Below are positions 46,102 to 58,452 of a stretch of DNA of 64,000 nt, piece after piece. Below the pieces are notes generated by a model that made no database searches, was not told the DNA's origin, and saw only the letters and a program-made list of their open reading frames with translations. Made by a program: the position numbers and the translations under genes. The DNA lies in NCBI GenBank assembly GCA_002269645.1, contig NIVC01001545.1, positions 1-64,000 of the forward strand. The letters are read 5' to 3'. Origin of the DNA: Macrostomum lignano. Lineage: Eukaryota. The number at the start of each line of letters is the position of its first letter. Within the stretch, counting starts at the first letter, position 1.

Positions 46102-49100
46102 TCAGGGGGACCCGTCGGTCTCGCCTGCAGCGCGGTCCTCCTCACCGACGGTGGGGAAGAAATCAGCTCGTCCGGTGTCCCTGAGGTACCGGGCGAGCAG
46201 CGGGATGCTCTCGGGCCTGCAAACGTCGGAGAGAACCGGGTTTGGCCCGAGGTGAGTAAGCCTGGCCCTGGTGAAAACCGGGCAGTGGCAGATAAAATGC
46301 TCGGCGTTTTCACTGCCTGAGCGGCAGAAGGGGCACCGCTCCTCGGGTACTTGGCCCTGAAGGAAGCGGTGGCGAGAGAAGCAGCCATGCCCGGAGAGGG
46401 CCATGCTAACTGCTCTGAGGTCTCTGCGGTTGAGCCTGAGGAGGGCTCTACGCAGGAGAGGAGAGGGACAGGGGACGGCAGCACGGGATTGCCTACAATT
46501 CCGGGTGTCGTGCCACCTGCGGAGATGCTCGGAGTCAGCCCAGCGCTTAACGCGGGAATTGATCACCGAGGCGGGGATGGGGGCACCCGGGCCCGGCCCC
46601 AATAGCGCGCCGGCGGAGCCAGCCTTGGCCAGCAGGTCAGCGCGCTCGTTGCCGAGGAAGCCGGCGTGGCCCGGGATCCATCTGAGCTCCACCTGGTTGC
46701 CTAGCGCAAGCCCGTTGAGCTGGGTGTTGCAGTCCAGGACGGACCTGGAGCTGGCGGTGCTGCGGCAGAGGGCCCGAAGGGCTGCTTGGCTGTCAGAGTG
46801 AAAAATAAATTTCCGGCCGCTAAGCTGCCTTCGGCGCAGCTCTGCCGCGCAGGAGCTGATGGCAAGCACCTCGCTCTGAAAAACACTGGAGTTGAGCCCA
46901 GTGTGCTGGGAGTAGCTCCACACCACTTCTCCCTTGAAGAAGACGCAAGCTCCGAAGCCTGAAAGACCATGCCTCATAGAGCCGTCAGTGTAACAGTGGA
47001 CTTCAGAGTCGCTCCAGCTGTCACTCGCCTCGTGTCGAGGCTGAATGGTGACCTTATACCTTTGGCTCAGGAGAAGGGTGGCTGGGATCGAGTCCGTGAG
47101 GATGTTGAGCCCGCCACACTCCTCGAGAGCCTTGAGGCAGAGGTCAGAGTGCGGGATAAGCGACCGCTTCTTAAAGGCCCGCACTTTCTTGAAGGCCACC
47201 CCAGCATCCAGAAGACGCCGGGTGCTCTTCGCCGCCTCTCCTTTGATATAAATATCCAAAGGAGGGGCACAGAGGAAGGCATTCATGCCTTCAAAAGGAG
47301 TAGAGGGTGGAGCGCCCATAGTCATGCGGCAGGCTCTGCCCTGGATTTTGTAGAGAGCGTCGAGGTTGCTCTTGACGCTCAGGCCGCTAGCCCACACGAG
47401 GCTGGCGTAACTGATCGAGGGGCGGATGATGGCAGTGTAAATCCACCACAGCTTCCTGGGGGTGAGCCCCCAGGTGGTGCCCACGGCGCGCCTGATCTGA
47501 GCCAGTACAGCCAGGGCTTTTTTGGCTTTAGTTTGAATGTGCGGAGTCCAGTTAAGCCTGTGGTCCAGAGTGAGGCCCAGGCAGCGGACCTGCTTCTCCA
47601 TGGAAATATTCTTTCCATAGAGGGTGAGGGGCTTAATGGTCCAGAGCAGTTTGTTGGTAAACATGACTGCTGTGGTTTTCGACTCTGAGAGTCTAAGGCC
47701 ACATTGGTCTGCCCAACGCTCCGCTCGTCCCAGAAAGCCCTGCAGAAGGTCTCTGATGGTATCAACCGAGGGGCCCGCGCATATCGCGGTCACATCATCG
47801 GCATAGCCCACCTTGAGAATGGGGTCGTGGAGATCACTGCAAAGCAACTCATCCATGACCATGTTCCAGAGAACGGGGGTGAGAACGCCGCCCTGGGGGC
47901 CCCCTTTCAGGACAGGCACCGAAAGAGAGCTGCCGCTCAGGTGGGCCACAACAGTGCGGTTTCGGATCATGAACATGATCCACCGGACAAGGTGAGGGTG
48001 CGTGGCCCTGGATTCCAGGGCTCTGCAAAAGGCCTCGAAGATGACGTTGTCGAAGGCCCCCTCAATGTCCAGGAAAAGCGAGAGGGCAAAGCCGCTGCCA
48101 AGAACGGCCCTCTCCAGGAAGTCAACAATGACATGGAGAGCACTCTCGGTTGACCTGCCCGCGCGGAAGGCGTGCTGGTTCTGCGAGAGTGGGAAGCGCT
48201 TCAGCTCGACCGAAAGTAGGCGCCAAAGCACCAGTCTCTCGAGGAGCTTGAGGCAGAAAGAAGTGAGGCTGATAGGCCTGAAGGCCTTCACCGATTGGTA
48301 GTCGCTCTTTCCAGGCTTGGGGATAAAGACCACCCGGGCCTCTCTCCATGCAACTGGTACATAGCCCAGCTCCATACAAGCTCGAAGGAGACGACAGAGC
48401 AGGTCCAGGAAGCGGTGGTTTTTCACCGCCTCGTGCAAGAACGCTGGGTAGATGCCGTCGGGCCCAGGCGCCTTGAACGGGTTAAAGGACCTTGCCGCTC
48501 TAATAATGCGGTCTTTGGTGATCATAGACTTTGCTAGGCCTTGCCCTCCCACTGTGTGGTCGGGCGGGCCCTGCTGAGTCGGAGATTTAGGGAAAAAACT
48601 GTTGAGCATGAGCTCTAGAGTCTCTTCCGAACTCTCTGTGACCGAGCCGTCAGGTCTCTTCACAACAGAGAGTTTAGAAAAACGGTCATTAGTGAGTGCC
48701 TTAACCACGCGGGCTACGGGGCGAGAGCCCTCAAGCCCTTCGCAATATTGGCGCCACTTGGCCGTCTTGGCCCTTCTGACTTGGCCCTTAAACTCGTGGA
48801 TCGCACGGGTATAGGCCTCTCTGTCAGATGGGTCTTTGGTTTTGAGCGCTCGCCTTTGGAGGGTCCTGGCTCGGCGCCGAAGGGCCCCGAGCTCTGGGTT
48901 CCACCAGGGAGCAGATTTCTTGCCTTTATAGGCCTTTAGGGGGCAGGCTGCTTCAAAGGCAGTGGTGATCGCCCCGCCCAGGGAGGAGGCGAGATCGTCC
49001 ACCACCTGGCAGTCAGAGAGGTCACTGGGGGGTCAAGATCCCGAAGGCCGCGGCTCAGCTTCGAGCCAAAGGCGGCCCAATCGGTGTTCCTGACGTTCCG

Positions 49101-49805
49101 ACTCCAAGTGACCTTAGGCTTTTGCTTGGTCGGCCCAATGCAAAAGCGGATAAAGCGGTGGTCCGAGAGCGAGTCCTCGTCCCACACTCGCCAGCCCGTA
49201 ACTGCGGAAAGCAGTCCGGGTGAGGCGATGGTGGTGTCGATGACTTCGGCCCACCGCCCATTATTGAACGTTGGTGCATTGCCCACGTTACAGAAGTTGA
49301 GGTTAGTGCTGCTGACATAGGCCAGCAGCTCCTCGCCTCTGCTATTGATGTTCTTGCTGCCCCAATGCAGGTGGTGTGCGTTCACATCCCCTGCAATGAG
49401 CAGCTCGAACCGATGGGACGCAGCATAGTCAGTAAGGTTGACTAACGCGTCGCAGACAACTGGGGCATCGCCCGGGAAATAGGCAGAAGCTACCAGCACA
49501 GGTTTATTGGGAATGAGGTTATTGATTTGAACAACACAGATGTCCCCAGTCGAGAGATCAGGTCTCATCCATGCCTCAAAAGCTTTTGCAGCAAAGACCA
49601 GAGATCTTGGGCGAGGCTGAGAGCCCGCCATGCAAAAACAGTGGTAGCCAGATGGCACATTATTTGGCTTACCTTTAGTCATCCAGGGCTCCTGTACGAA
49701 GACCAGGCCCGGAAGCTGTTGCTCTGCCGTGCGCATCAGGTTGACCGACGCCGCCACGCAGTGCTGGGTGTTGATCTGCAGACACCAGGTAGTCGCTGGC
49801 ATCAT
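46102..49805 (-). CDS. ORF2p of the nested LINE: APE endonuclease, RT, RNase H, CCHC; one 1-nt frameshift near 49010
   Basis: QINTQH / VFVQEPW / GDVNAH / DSLSDH (APE). KAPGPDGI, FRPISL, QHAFRAGRST, FLDIEGAFD, GGPQGGVLTP, GYADD (RT). YTDGS, SEVLAI, SDSQAAL, WIPGHAGFLGNERAD (RNase H). CPFC..E..EHFICHC. Confidence 0.92.
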
Positions 49806-51321
49806 TGCAGATCGGATGTTGCAGCCGCCAGGAGTTCCTCCTCCTCCTCGGCGCTCACCGGCTTCGGGTCGGGGTCGCCGGTGTCCATGGGCTCTTCTTC
49901 AGCAAAAGGCCCCCGATTGGCCGGAAGGCAGTAGGCAGCGTTCGCCGCCCTTTGCCCACCATCCATGGGGTCCTCCGCCTCAGATTGGCCCAATGCCCTG
50001 GAGCAGCCAGCCGCCTGGGCAGGCGGGTCCGTCTCCAGTCGGCCCTGCCCCGAGGGGTTGGGCCCAGCTGGGACGTCCCCACCCTCCCTGGACGAACTGG
50101 TGCGCCTAGGCGTCCCGGCGACCTCTCGCCTCAGCTGGGAGATTTTGGCGGTACGGACTGCCTCAGCTGCACGCTGGTACAGGCCGCGCCGCTTGGTGCT
50201 GCGCGCCGGGCGTCGGTCGCCTCCGCCCTCAGCAGCGCGCTCAGCTTTGCCCGCGCGGCCGTGCTGCCGGGCAGGGCGGTTTGCTTTGGCAGTCTGAGCA
50301 GAGGCTTGCGCCTCGGCCCCGGCCGCCTCCGCATCCCGCCCGCCTGCTCACTGCCACGGGGAGGGTCGGCCTCGTAGGAGCGGATGCGCAGCTTCCAAAG
50401 GCCGACGTTGATGAAGCTGCCGTGTGGATAACGCCTCATCCAGGCGTCCGACAGCCCCAGGATGGCTGTGAAGCCAGTGCCGTCGGTGCGCTTAAGGGTG
50501 TCATGCACCACTAGGCCCGCGGCGGGAAGCTCCCGGTTGACTGCTAGCAGTCCTTTCCGGAGCTCGTCAGCAGAGGTAACAACGCTCCTGGCCGGGACCC
50601 AGATTCGATGCCTCTTGGTCCGGGGGCGCTCGTCCTCTCTGCAGAAGGCTAGGTTGAGGTCCCAGCTCTGCTCGGGCAGCAGCTCAAGGAGCCGCCGACC
50701 CGAGTCAGCATCACTGGGCCAAATGAGAAGGCACGAGTCCCTCGTCGCATTCGAATGAATGTTCAGAGGCGTGCCCTTCAGAGTTTGCTTCCACAGGAGG
50801 CCATCAACGGCACTTCTCACCTGCTTCAGCTGATCGGGAGACAGGCGCGCGTCCTTTCCCAGGATGACAACCGCCGGTTGCCTCTTTGCCGCATCAGCGT
50901 AGGAGGCCCGGGGGTCAGTGGAGCTTTCTTCAGGTGGGCTGTCCACCCTCCCGGCTGCATCGGCCTCCCTATCCTGGGCAGGGGCTTCCGTGGGCTCGAG
51001 GCCCTCTTCCGCCACCGCCCCAGACTGGGAAGCTTCCGCTGCCGCGGGCCGTTGGCCCCTGGCACCGGTTTGGCTTCCGCCCTCCTTGGCCCGCCTCGCC
51101 TTGTTAAGTCGACGGCGGGCAGCTCCAGAGGTGGTGCTGCGTTTCTTAGCAGCTGGAGTAGCAGGTGTCTTCTCGGAGGCACCGCTCAGAGTTGGCTCCA
51201 CGGGTCTCGCCGAGGCGTCCCCGATGGTAGCAGGTGGTATGGCCGAGGAGTCCACGGCCCCAGCCGAGGCCGGAGGCACTGTGTCATCCACAGCCGGTTT
51301 GTTACTTCGGTTAGAAGCCAT
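49802..51321 (-). CDS. ORF1p of the nested LINE (DUF4780-like central domain); one 1-nt frameshift near 50335
   Basis: ATG at 51321 (MASNRSNK), YADAAK motif, LLIWP..RIWVP..N.EL..G.TAILG region. The shifted frame stays open from ~50335 to the TGA at 49804-49802, which overlaps the ORF2 ATG. The domain name is from memory. Confidence 0.75.
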
Positions 51322-51810
51322 TGGCTGGAAGTAAAAAGGTGGGACTTCCTGCAGAACACAGGCAAAGAGCCGCAAGGCCGCAACCCCAAACCAAGCGGCA
51401 GGCCCCCAAAAAGCAAAATACCACCCTGCGGGGGGACCCAAAAGCGCAAGGGGAACCGTTAGCGACCAGACTACTCCCTGGCCAAGCGTCCATCAGCACG
51501 GAGTTACACTGGGACATTAGAGGGTGCGTTTATGGTCACACCAGGACCCGGCGCCAACGAATCAGCTCGGCAGGGCCCAAGGGGGCCTGCCTTAACACCC
51601 ACGGGACGAGTACCCTTCGAAGTGCGCCTTGCAAGGTGAAAATCAGGAGACAGAGTCTCTTGAGCTATCAGCCCGCCAGGGGAGGCAGGTGTGAGCATCG
51701 CTGGCTGGGATAAAGGCCATACCAGTCTCATACTGCACAGATAGTTCACCACGCCATTACGTGCAGGACCCGGGGTCCTGGGGGCAACAGCCCCGGCAAT
51801 AATATTCTCT

Positions 51811-54800
51811 GCCTTCAAGAAACTTGGATAATAGACACAAAAAAATGAAAACAAGCGACTCAAAATCAACAACCTGTCTGAAAACTACATAACATACCGA
51901 AAGCCTGCAAACAAAAAAGGCTGTAAATTCATTGGCAGAGCATCTGGTGGATTATTGACAGCTTACTAAAAGTCACTAGATACACAATACAATGTTACAG
52001 AATCATTCAAACATTATAAAAACTTCTTGACGCTAAATTTTAAACACAAAAAGTATAAAAACAAAAACTTCACCTTAATAAACTCCTATATACCCCCACT
52101 GTCTTCAAAATATTATGAAGAAGAAAATTGGGAACAGCTAACAATTCTCCTAGATGCTTACCACTCCGAAGAAAACATCTTCCTTATTGGAGACTTCAAC
52201 GCTCATATAAATAATACCTCCTACATAGATTTAAATTCAATATATACCACCAGAGCAAAAAACATCTCACTTACTAGACAAAGCCAAGACAAGAAAAACT
52301 GCAAAAATGGTAGACTACGTAACCAGATTACTGACTCATACAACCTGCATCTAATCAATGGTAGATCACTATCAGACACAAATGGTGAATTCACCTTTCT
52401 CTCAAAATCTGGTTCCTCTGTTATAGATCTCTGTTTTGTCTCTACCAGCTTACTCCAACACCTCGAAGACTTTAAAGTAAAGAACCACACCTACTTTAGC
52501 GACCACAACCAAATAGTGCTCTCCCTATCAAGTGAATTCACAGAGGAAATCACAGAAACTAAACAAGCAACCAATAACTCGAAAACGAGATACAGAGTCC
52601 TAAAAAAGTCACATAAACCCAACCTGCAACAAGAAAAACATATCAATAACTTCGCAAATGACCTGAAAAACATGAATGACAAAATCACAAATCTAGACAT
52701 ACAAAACCCAGCTTTTATAAATGAATTAAGTAGAAAAGTTAGACAAATTCAAAACAACATCACAGTAGAGATAAAGAACCCACTATGCTCAACACTGCCT
52801 CGCTTCCTTAAAGATTTAAGAAACGCTGCTAGACATGCCTGCAGAAGATATAAAACCTTCCCTACTCCCAACAACCTCTCAAGCAAAGTACAACTCAAAA
52901 AAGCATACGAAAAAAAGCTCACTTCATGGAAATTTGAAACAACTCTCTGTGCAGACAACATGATCAACCAGGCCTTTATTCAAAACGATACAAAACAACT
53001 TTGGAACTTATTAAAAACACCAAATCCCTCAAACAACAGAGTAACAATTGATGAAAAATTTGTCATACACTTTCAAAATCTTGTAACTGAACAAGACAGC
53101 AGCATTAGACTTTCATACAATCTTCACCTTGACAACCCTATTCTGGCTGATTTAGAGGATTTCAATGCCCCATTCACCAAAGAAGAAGTTATAAAACATA
53201 TTAAAAAGCTCAAAACCGACAAAGCACCTGGGCACGATAAAGTATATGTAGAAACACTCAAATACCTCGAGAACGAACTTGCTGACCTCCTATGCTCACT
53301 TTTCAACGAAGCACTCAAACAAGGAACCTTCCCAACTAGTTGGATAACAAATACACTTCATCCGATTTATAAAAACAAAGGCAGCAGTGCCGACCCCAAC
53401 AATTACAGAGGAATCTGCATTCAACCAATTCTTGGCAAGCTCTTTTGCCAAATTATTAAATCCAGACTCGAAAACCTAGCATACGCAAACAATCTTATAT
53501 CAAAATACCAATACGGTTTCAAGCCCAATCACAGCACAATCGACCAATGTTTTAATCTTTACAACATTATAAACCAATCCATCTACAACAAAGAAGAACT
53601 CTTTATTGGATTTGTTGACTATGAAAAAGCCTTCGATAGCTTAAATCAACCGACCCTTTGGTGCAAAACGGATAATCAGGGTATTAAAGGTCAAATGATG
53701 GAACTTATCAAGAACATGCATAAAAATGCCTGCTTCATTCTAAAAAAAGATGATGATGATGATGAAACCCAGCCAATCCCAATATCTAAAGGTGTTCTTC
53801 AAGGCAACCCTCTCTCTACCATTCTTTTTGAACTATATATTGACGACATTGTTGAATATCTTGAACTCTCTAGCGCTAGGCGCTCTCTTACGAGATCTGC
53901 TTTCCCACTCATCCTACTCTTTGCAGACGATCAAGCCATTCTAGCTAAAAACAAAGACGAACTTCAAGACACATTTACGACTATGGAAAATTACTGCAAA
54001 CAAAATTACTTGAAAGTAAACGCAAGCAAAACAAAGTTTATGCAGGGCAATACCAGACAAAAAAACGACACAGAAAGCATTGCTACAAAAATATACTACG
54101 ACAATCAAGAAATAGAAGAAGTAAATGAATTTAAATACCTGGGAATTATTTTTGAACCAAAAAACAGCTTTAAAAATGTATTGAACACCAAACTAAGCAG
54201 GGATATACAGCCATGTTTTCCCTACTCCATAGGGTAAAGAATACGTCCCTAGACATCACACTCATTCGCAGACTATTCAACGCGCTTGTTATCCCCGTTA
54301 TCACTTACGGTTGTGAGCTCTGGTGCCCTCTGGCTACCATGTCTGATACAAAAGCTATTGATAATATTCAGCTGAAATTCTACAAATATCTCCTCAATCT
54401 ACCAAAATTTGCTAGCAACAGTGTGATATCATCAGAACTTGAGCTTACTCCAATCTCTCAACGAATCGCTAAAACCTACCTCATCTACTGGCTGAAGATT
54501 AGACACAAAAAACTCTGCCAAACGACTCTAGAAATTTTCTACTCAAGCACCGGCCAAAAAAATCCATGGAAAATGAATGTACTAAAGAAACTAGAAAGTA
54601 TAGACCTAAAAGCACTAACTGAAGATAAACTTTCCCAAAGCTTTAATAACGAGAAATACCTAGTGAAAAAGCACTCAAGATACACAGAGAAAGAGAACTT
54701 AGCCAAAAGCTAGAGAATCAGCAACATATTAAACTCTACAAAAACGCCTATCTCTACAAAAAAATCTGCAGGCCCGACCTTTCAGATTACTTTCCATGTA

Positions 54801-55087
54801 CATTTAGAAACAAAAAATTCTTAACAACCCTCCTAAAACTGAAATGCGAGATTACACCCAACTTTTTTTCTCAAGAACCATGTAAAATATGTGGAGCGCG
54901 AAATGGTTCTGACATTCTACACTACTTGACCGAATGTCCACAAACTGAAGAGATCAGGAAAAAATACTTCTGTCAATACCTCTTAAATAGCAATCAAATA
55001 CACAAGATAGGATATGCTACAAATGAAAAAAGAATCAGAAAAGAACTCACTGGTGTAGCTAAAATATATGAAGTCATGAATAGCTAA
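51811..55087 (+). pseudogene. Distal part of host-LINE ORF2 (rest of APE, RT, C-terminal zinc finger), disrupted
   Basis: CLQETW, GRASGG, IGDFNAH, IDLCF, SDHNQI, KAPGHD, NNYRGI, QYGFK, FVDYEKAFDS, GVLQGNPLS, LFADD. Lesions: A-run frameshift at 51839-51845, in-frame TAA at 51967, and frame changes near 54220 and 54713. Confidence 0.88.
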
Positions 55088-56654
55088 AACAGTTAAACAA
55101 ACTGAATCAGATACATTAGCAGTGTAACAAATCCGCTTTTCAGTTGTTTATTCATTTACTGTCTTTTAATTCCCTATTTAAATCGTCGTTATTCGTAAAG
55201 TTCTTTCGAAGTATTGTTTATGTTCGTTTTTCACGCTTTGAAATATCACGCGCTTTCAAAAATACTACATCCTTTTTTTACAAACTCGCTTACCAAAGTA
55301 ATCTCGCAATTAAAGCTATACCTCGTAATTTGTACTCATTTTTGTATTAATATTTATACTCGTTGTTAGTTGTTAGTCGTCACTTTTCGTCCAAAAATAC
55401 CGTAAAAATTCTGGCGCGCTTTCAAATACTTTATCTTTTACAATAACTCGTCTTTAACTCGTCTCGGCAAATCGTCTTTATAAACTTCTATTTCGAAAAT
55501 TTTTCCAAATACATAGCTCTATAATATATTGGCCAAACAGGCTAATTGCCTGAGCCAAATTCTCTTACTACTACTACTACTAGTCAACTCAAATTAGGCG
55601 GCACTCACGGCAGCAAGGAATAGCTTACCCAGTAGCCGACTCAGTATAATCATATTAAACTACTTAGGAGGCAAAGTAGAATGCCTATTGAGCAATTTTT
55701 TGAATGATCGAAAGCTTCAAATATTTTCTTATGCATGACGCTCAATCGCTCATGAGCATGAGCACTGAGCACAATCTCAGCAACTACTAACTACTAGCCA
55801 GTTTTGCTCTGGTTGTTTTGTAGAAAATTGTTAAGCCTAGGGCCTAGGTGGGGCCTATAAAATCAAAGCTAAAAAACATGCAACAATTGTATCTGCTTTG
55901 GTATTGGGTTTTGGGTTGGCTAAGAGTTGCATCTTGAGGATTTTCTATAAACCAACCAAGTCTAATTGTAGTTGACAATGTTGACATTAATTTTTGCTTC
56001 ATTTCATGGTAGGCTTAGGCTAGGGGCATAGCTTGGCCGAGAACCAGTTATTTTGGTGATAGTTTAGGCCTAGTGACAGTCACTTTTATGCCTGCCCTGG
56101 CTTTTGTCTTTTTATTCTTTAGGCCTAATAAACTTTATAATTATTAATTAGGGGGTTAGAGGCATAGGGGCCTAAGCTTTAGACCAATAGCACTGCAGTT
56201 AGACCTAAGTAGGCCTAATGGGCTGGGTTTTTTGTCACTATAGACAAGGTGTAAAATTGCACCTTGTGCCTAATTTAAAGGTGCAATTTTAAGGCTCAGA
56301 GTGCAATTTCTCTTTTTTCTAATTTTTTTTAAGATAGGCCTAGTGAAAATGAGGCTTAAAAGGAAAAACAGTTTATGTTATGAGACTGCAACTAAAATAA
56401 ACCACATACACTTTTTCAATTTTAGGGTGTGATTTCAAAATTTAGAGTGCTTATATACTACATACAAAACCTAGCTAGGCCCTAGGCCTAATGGGTCTAC
56501 AATTTACAAATTGCCTTGTTTCATTATCCTGACCTGACCTAAGCTATACTTTTATAGTCGTAAGATATCTTAAATTTAATTTCAAATTATAGGCCTATGA
56601 CTGACTAGTCTAATTTCTAAGTTCTAAAGTTTAAGTAAGCCTATATAAAATGAA

Positions 56655-57626
56655 GGCAATCTACAAGTTTCGTTCGTTAAATTATTTTTTCAATGATTTC
56701 TGAACTATCTTGCTCTGAGATGATTATTTTCGAGTTCCCCAGTATACCCAGCCCTTTCCTAGCTGAGAAAGTAGCAGCTTTGTTAACATTATATATCTAA
56801 TATACTGTAAAGCCGTCGGTAGGCAAAGGAATGTCTATGGCCCATATTACAGTAACATAATGATGACATGGCTTTCACTGACATGGCATTTTAGCACCTG
56901 GGCACATTGCAAGGCCAAGCTAAGGGCAATGCACAGTACATCACAGGCCCTGTTTGAAACCCACCTGGACGAGTTCATATGGCGCCATCTGCACCCTGTC
57001 AATCCATTTGGGAACATCGTATATTGGATCGCACATTACTATAATGTCTAAGCATTGAGTTCTATGTGCTAAACTGTTGCTACTGAACTGGACTGCTACT
57101 ACTGCCCCTGTTGTACCCCACTGTGTTACTATTTCTATCTGTTTGTACTTAGCATTACATGTTAGCTTTGCTTGTTTGCATCTTATATTTCTGGCTTTAT
57201 GGTACGTTAGAGGTTAATATTAACAAAGCCCTATTGCAGCCAAGGTCTGAACCGCGCCGGACGCCCCCCTTTCCCGCGCCAGACATCTACCCGTACTGCG
57301 CCAGGGCCAGTCCCCAGGATCAGTGATTTGGTTCAATTAGTCAGTCAATGGCTCGCCGCGCGCTGCGCGCCGCCGCCACACACCACGCCACCGCGCGCCG
57401 CCGCCACGCGCCGCGCCGCCGCCGCGCGCCGCGCCGCCACCAGTCCAATCCGCGCCGGACGCCGTCCACGAAAATGGCCATTGGCTGCAATAGGGTAACA
57501 AAGCTGCTACTTTCTCAGCTAGGAAAGGGCTGGGTACACTGGGGAACTCGAAAATAATCATCTCAGGGCAAGATAGTTTAGAAATCATTGAAAAAATAAA
57601 TTAACAAACGAAACTTGAAGATTGCC
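56655..57626 (+). mobile_element. Merlin (IS1595/ISXO2-related) non-autonomous DNA transposon
   Basis: 131-bp TIRs (56655-56785 and 57496-57626) beginning GG. 8-bp TSD AAAATGAA at 56647-56654 and 57627-57634. Internal remnant TWAHCKAKLRAMHSTSQALFETHLDEFIWR resembles the Merlin transposase C-terminus. Confidence 0.85.
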
Positions 57627-58452
57627 AAAATGAATATATTCAAAGTTGTCATTCAAAATAATTGTATAACAATATCATGATCAATGATTTGACCAAATCT
57701 ATAGAAAAGTGCTAGGCCTATATAATAAGACTAAACTAAACATTTAAATATGATGACTTTGACCAAAAAAATGGCCTATATTTTTAATGAAATTAAATTA
57801 TTAATGTCTTGATATTTATATTTGTGTTAGGCCTAGCCTCCCCCTATATTTAAATTATTTTTGCCAATTTAAATATTTTTAAGGTTGTATTATATATGGA
57901 AGACCTCTTTTTATTCTGTATGAGATGGGGGTAGAGGAAAGTTCTCTTGGAAGTTGGTAGGTTTATTGACACCAGTGAGATGGGCAAATTCCATTTGAAT
58001 TCTAGCCAGTATTGCATTTGCACAAATAATCTAGAAAATTGCACAGACAAATCACAACAAACTTCTTTCTCCTATTTTACTCTGGCTGCCAGGGTCCTAA
58101 AGTTCTAGGGGGAGGGTAGTTGTAATTGTAATGGAGCGGTCATGTAGTGGTACGGTCATTCAAATGATACGACACCATAGATTCTGACACCATAATTAAT
58201 TTGTCATTTGCTGAGCTTGTTACTTTCAGTAGGGTAGAGCTGCCACCACCGTAATTTATGTATTACAGAATGAAATGAGTCTCCAAGCTTTCTTTGAGCT
58301 AAGAAACTTGGTTGTTTTATGCCCTATAGGCAAATAACTCAAGATAGGCTATGGCTCAACATCAACAGATAAATATGGTATTAATGTTTATTGATTTCTT
58401 AGGCAATATATATTGGTATACTGGATAAGCAGGTGAAATTGGTATTATTATT

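Larger units (their letters stand above)
45988..51797 (-). mobile_element. Nested ~5.8-kb non-LTR retrotransposon with RNase H (Loa/R1-like), apparently full length
   Basis: 13-bp TSD AATAATATTCTCT at 45975-45987 and 51798-51810. The 3' tail on the minus strand is AGTTAAGTCAAGTAAGTCA. Two ORFs are present. Confidence 0.93.
44760..55582 (+). mobile_element. Host non-LTR retrotransposon (RTEX-like, PHD ORF1), inactivated and split by a nested LINE; 5' boundary approximate
   Basis: ORF1 44832-45662. ORF2 APE starts at 45663-45987 and resumes at 51811. RT core 52027-54237. C-terminal CKIC...HYLTEC ends at TAA 55085-55087. Stem-loop plus (CTA)n tail at 55529-55582. Clade call rests on LFNALVIPVITYGCELW / LKFYKYLL / SNSVISSELEL motifs (from memory). 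Confidence 0.85.

Noticed and set aside
46087-51713. Numerous plus-strand ORFs over the inner LINE
   Set aside because: They are antisense shadows of a GC-rich coding strand with no recognisable motifs.
51640-51720. HDV-like ribozyme core (GCC-TCCCCT-GGC on the minus strand) in the inner LINE 5' UTR
   Set aside because: A P3/L3-like element is present, but P1 pairs only 5/7 and the GG needed for P1.1 is missing.
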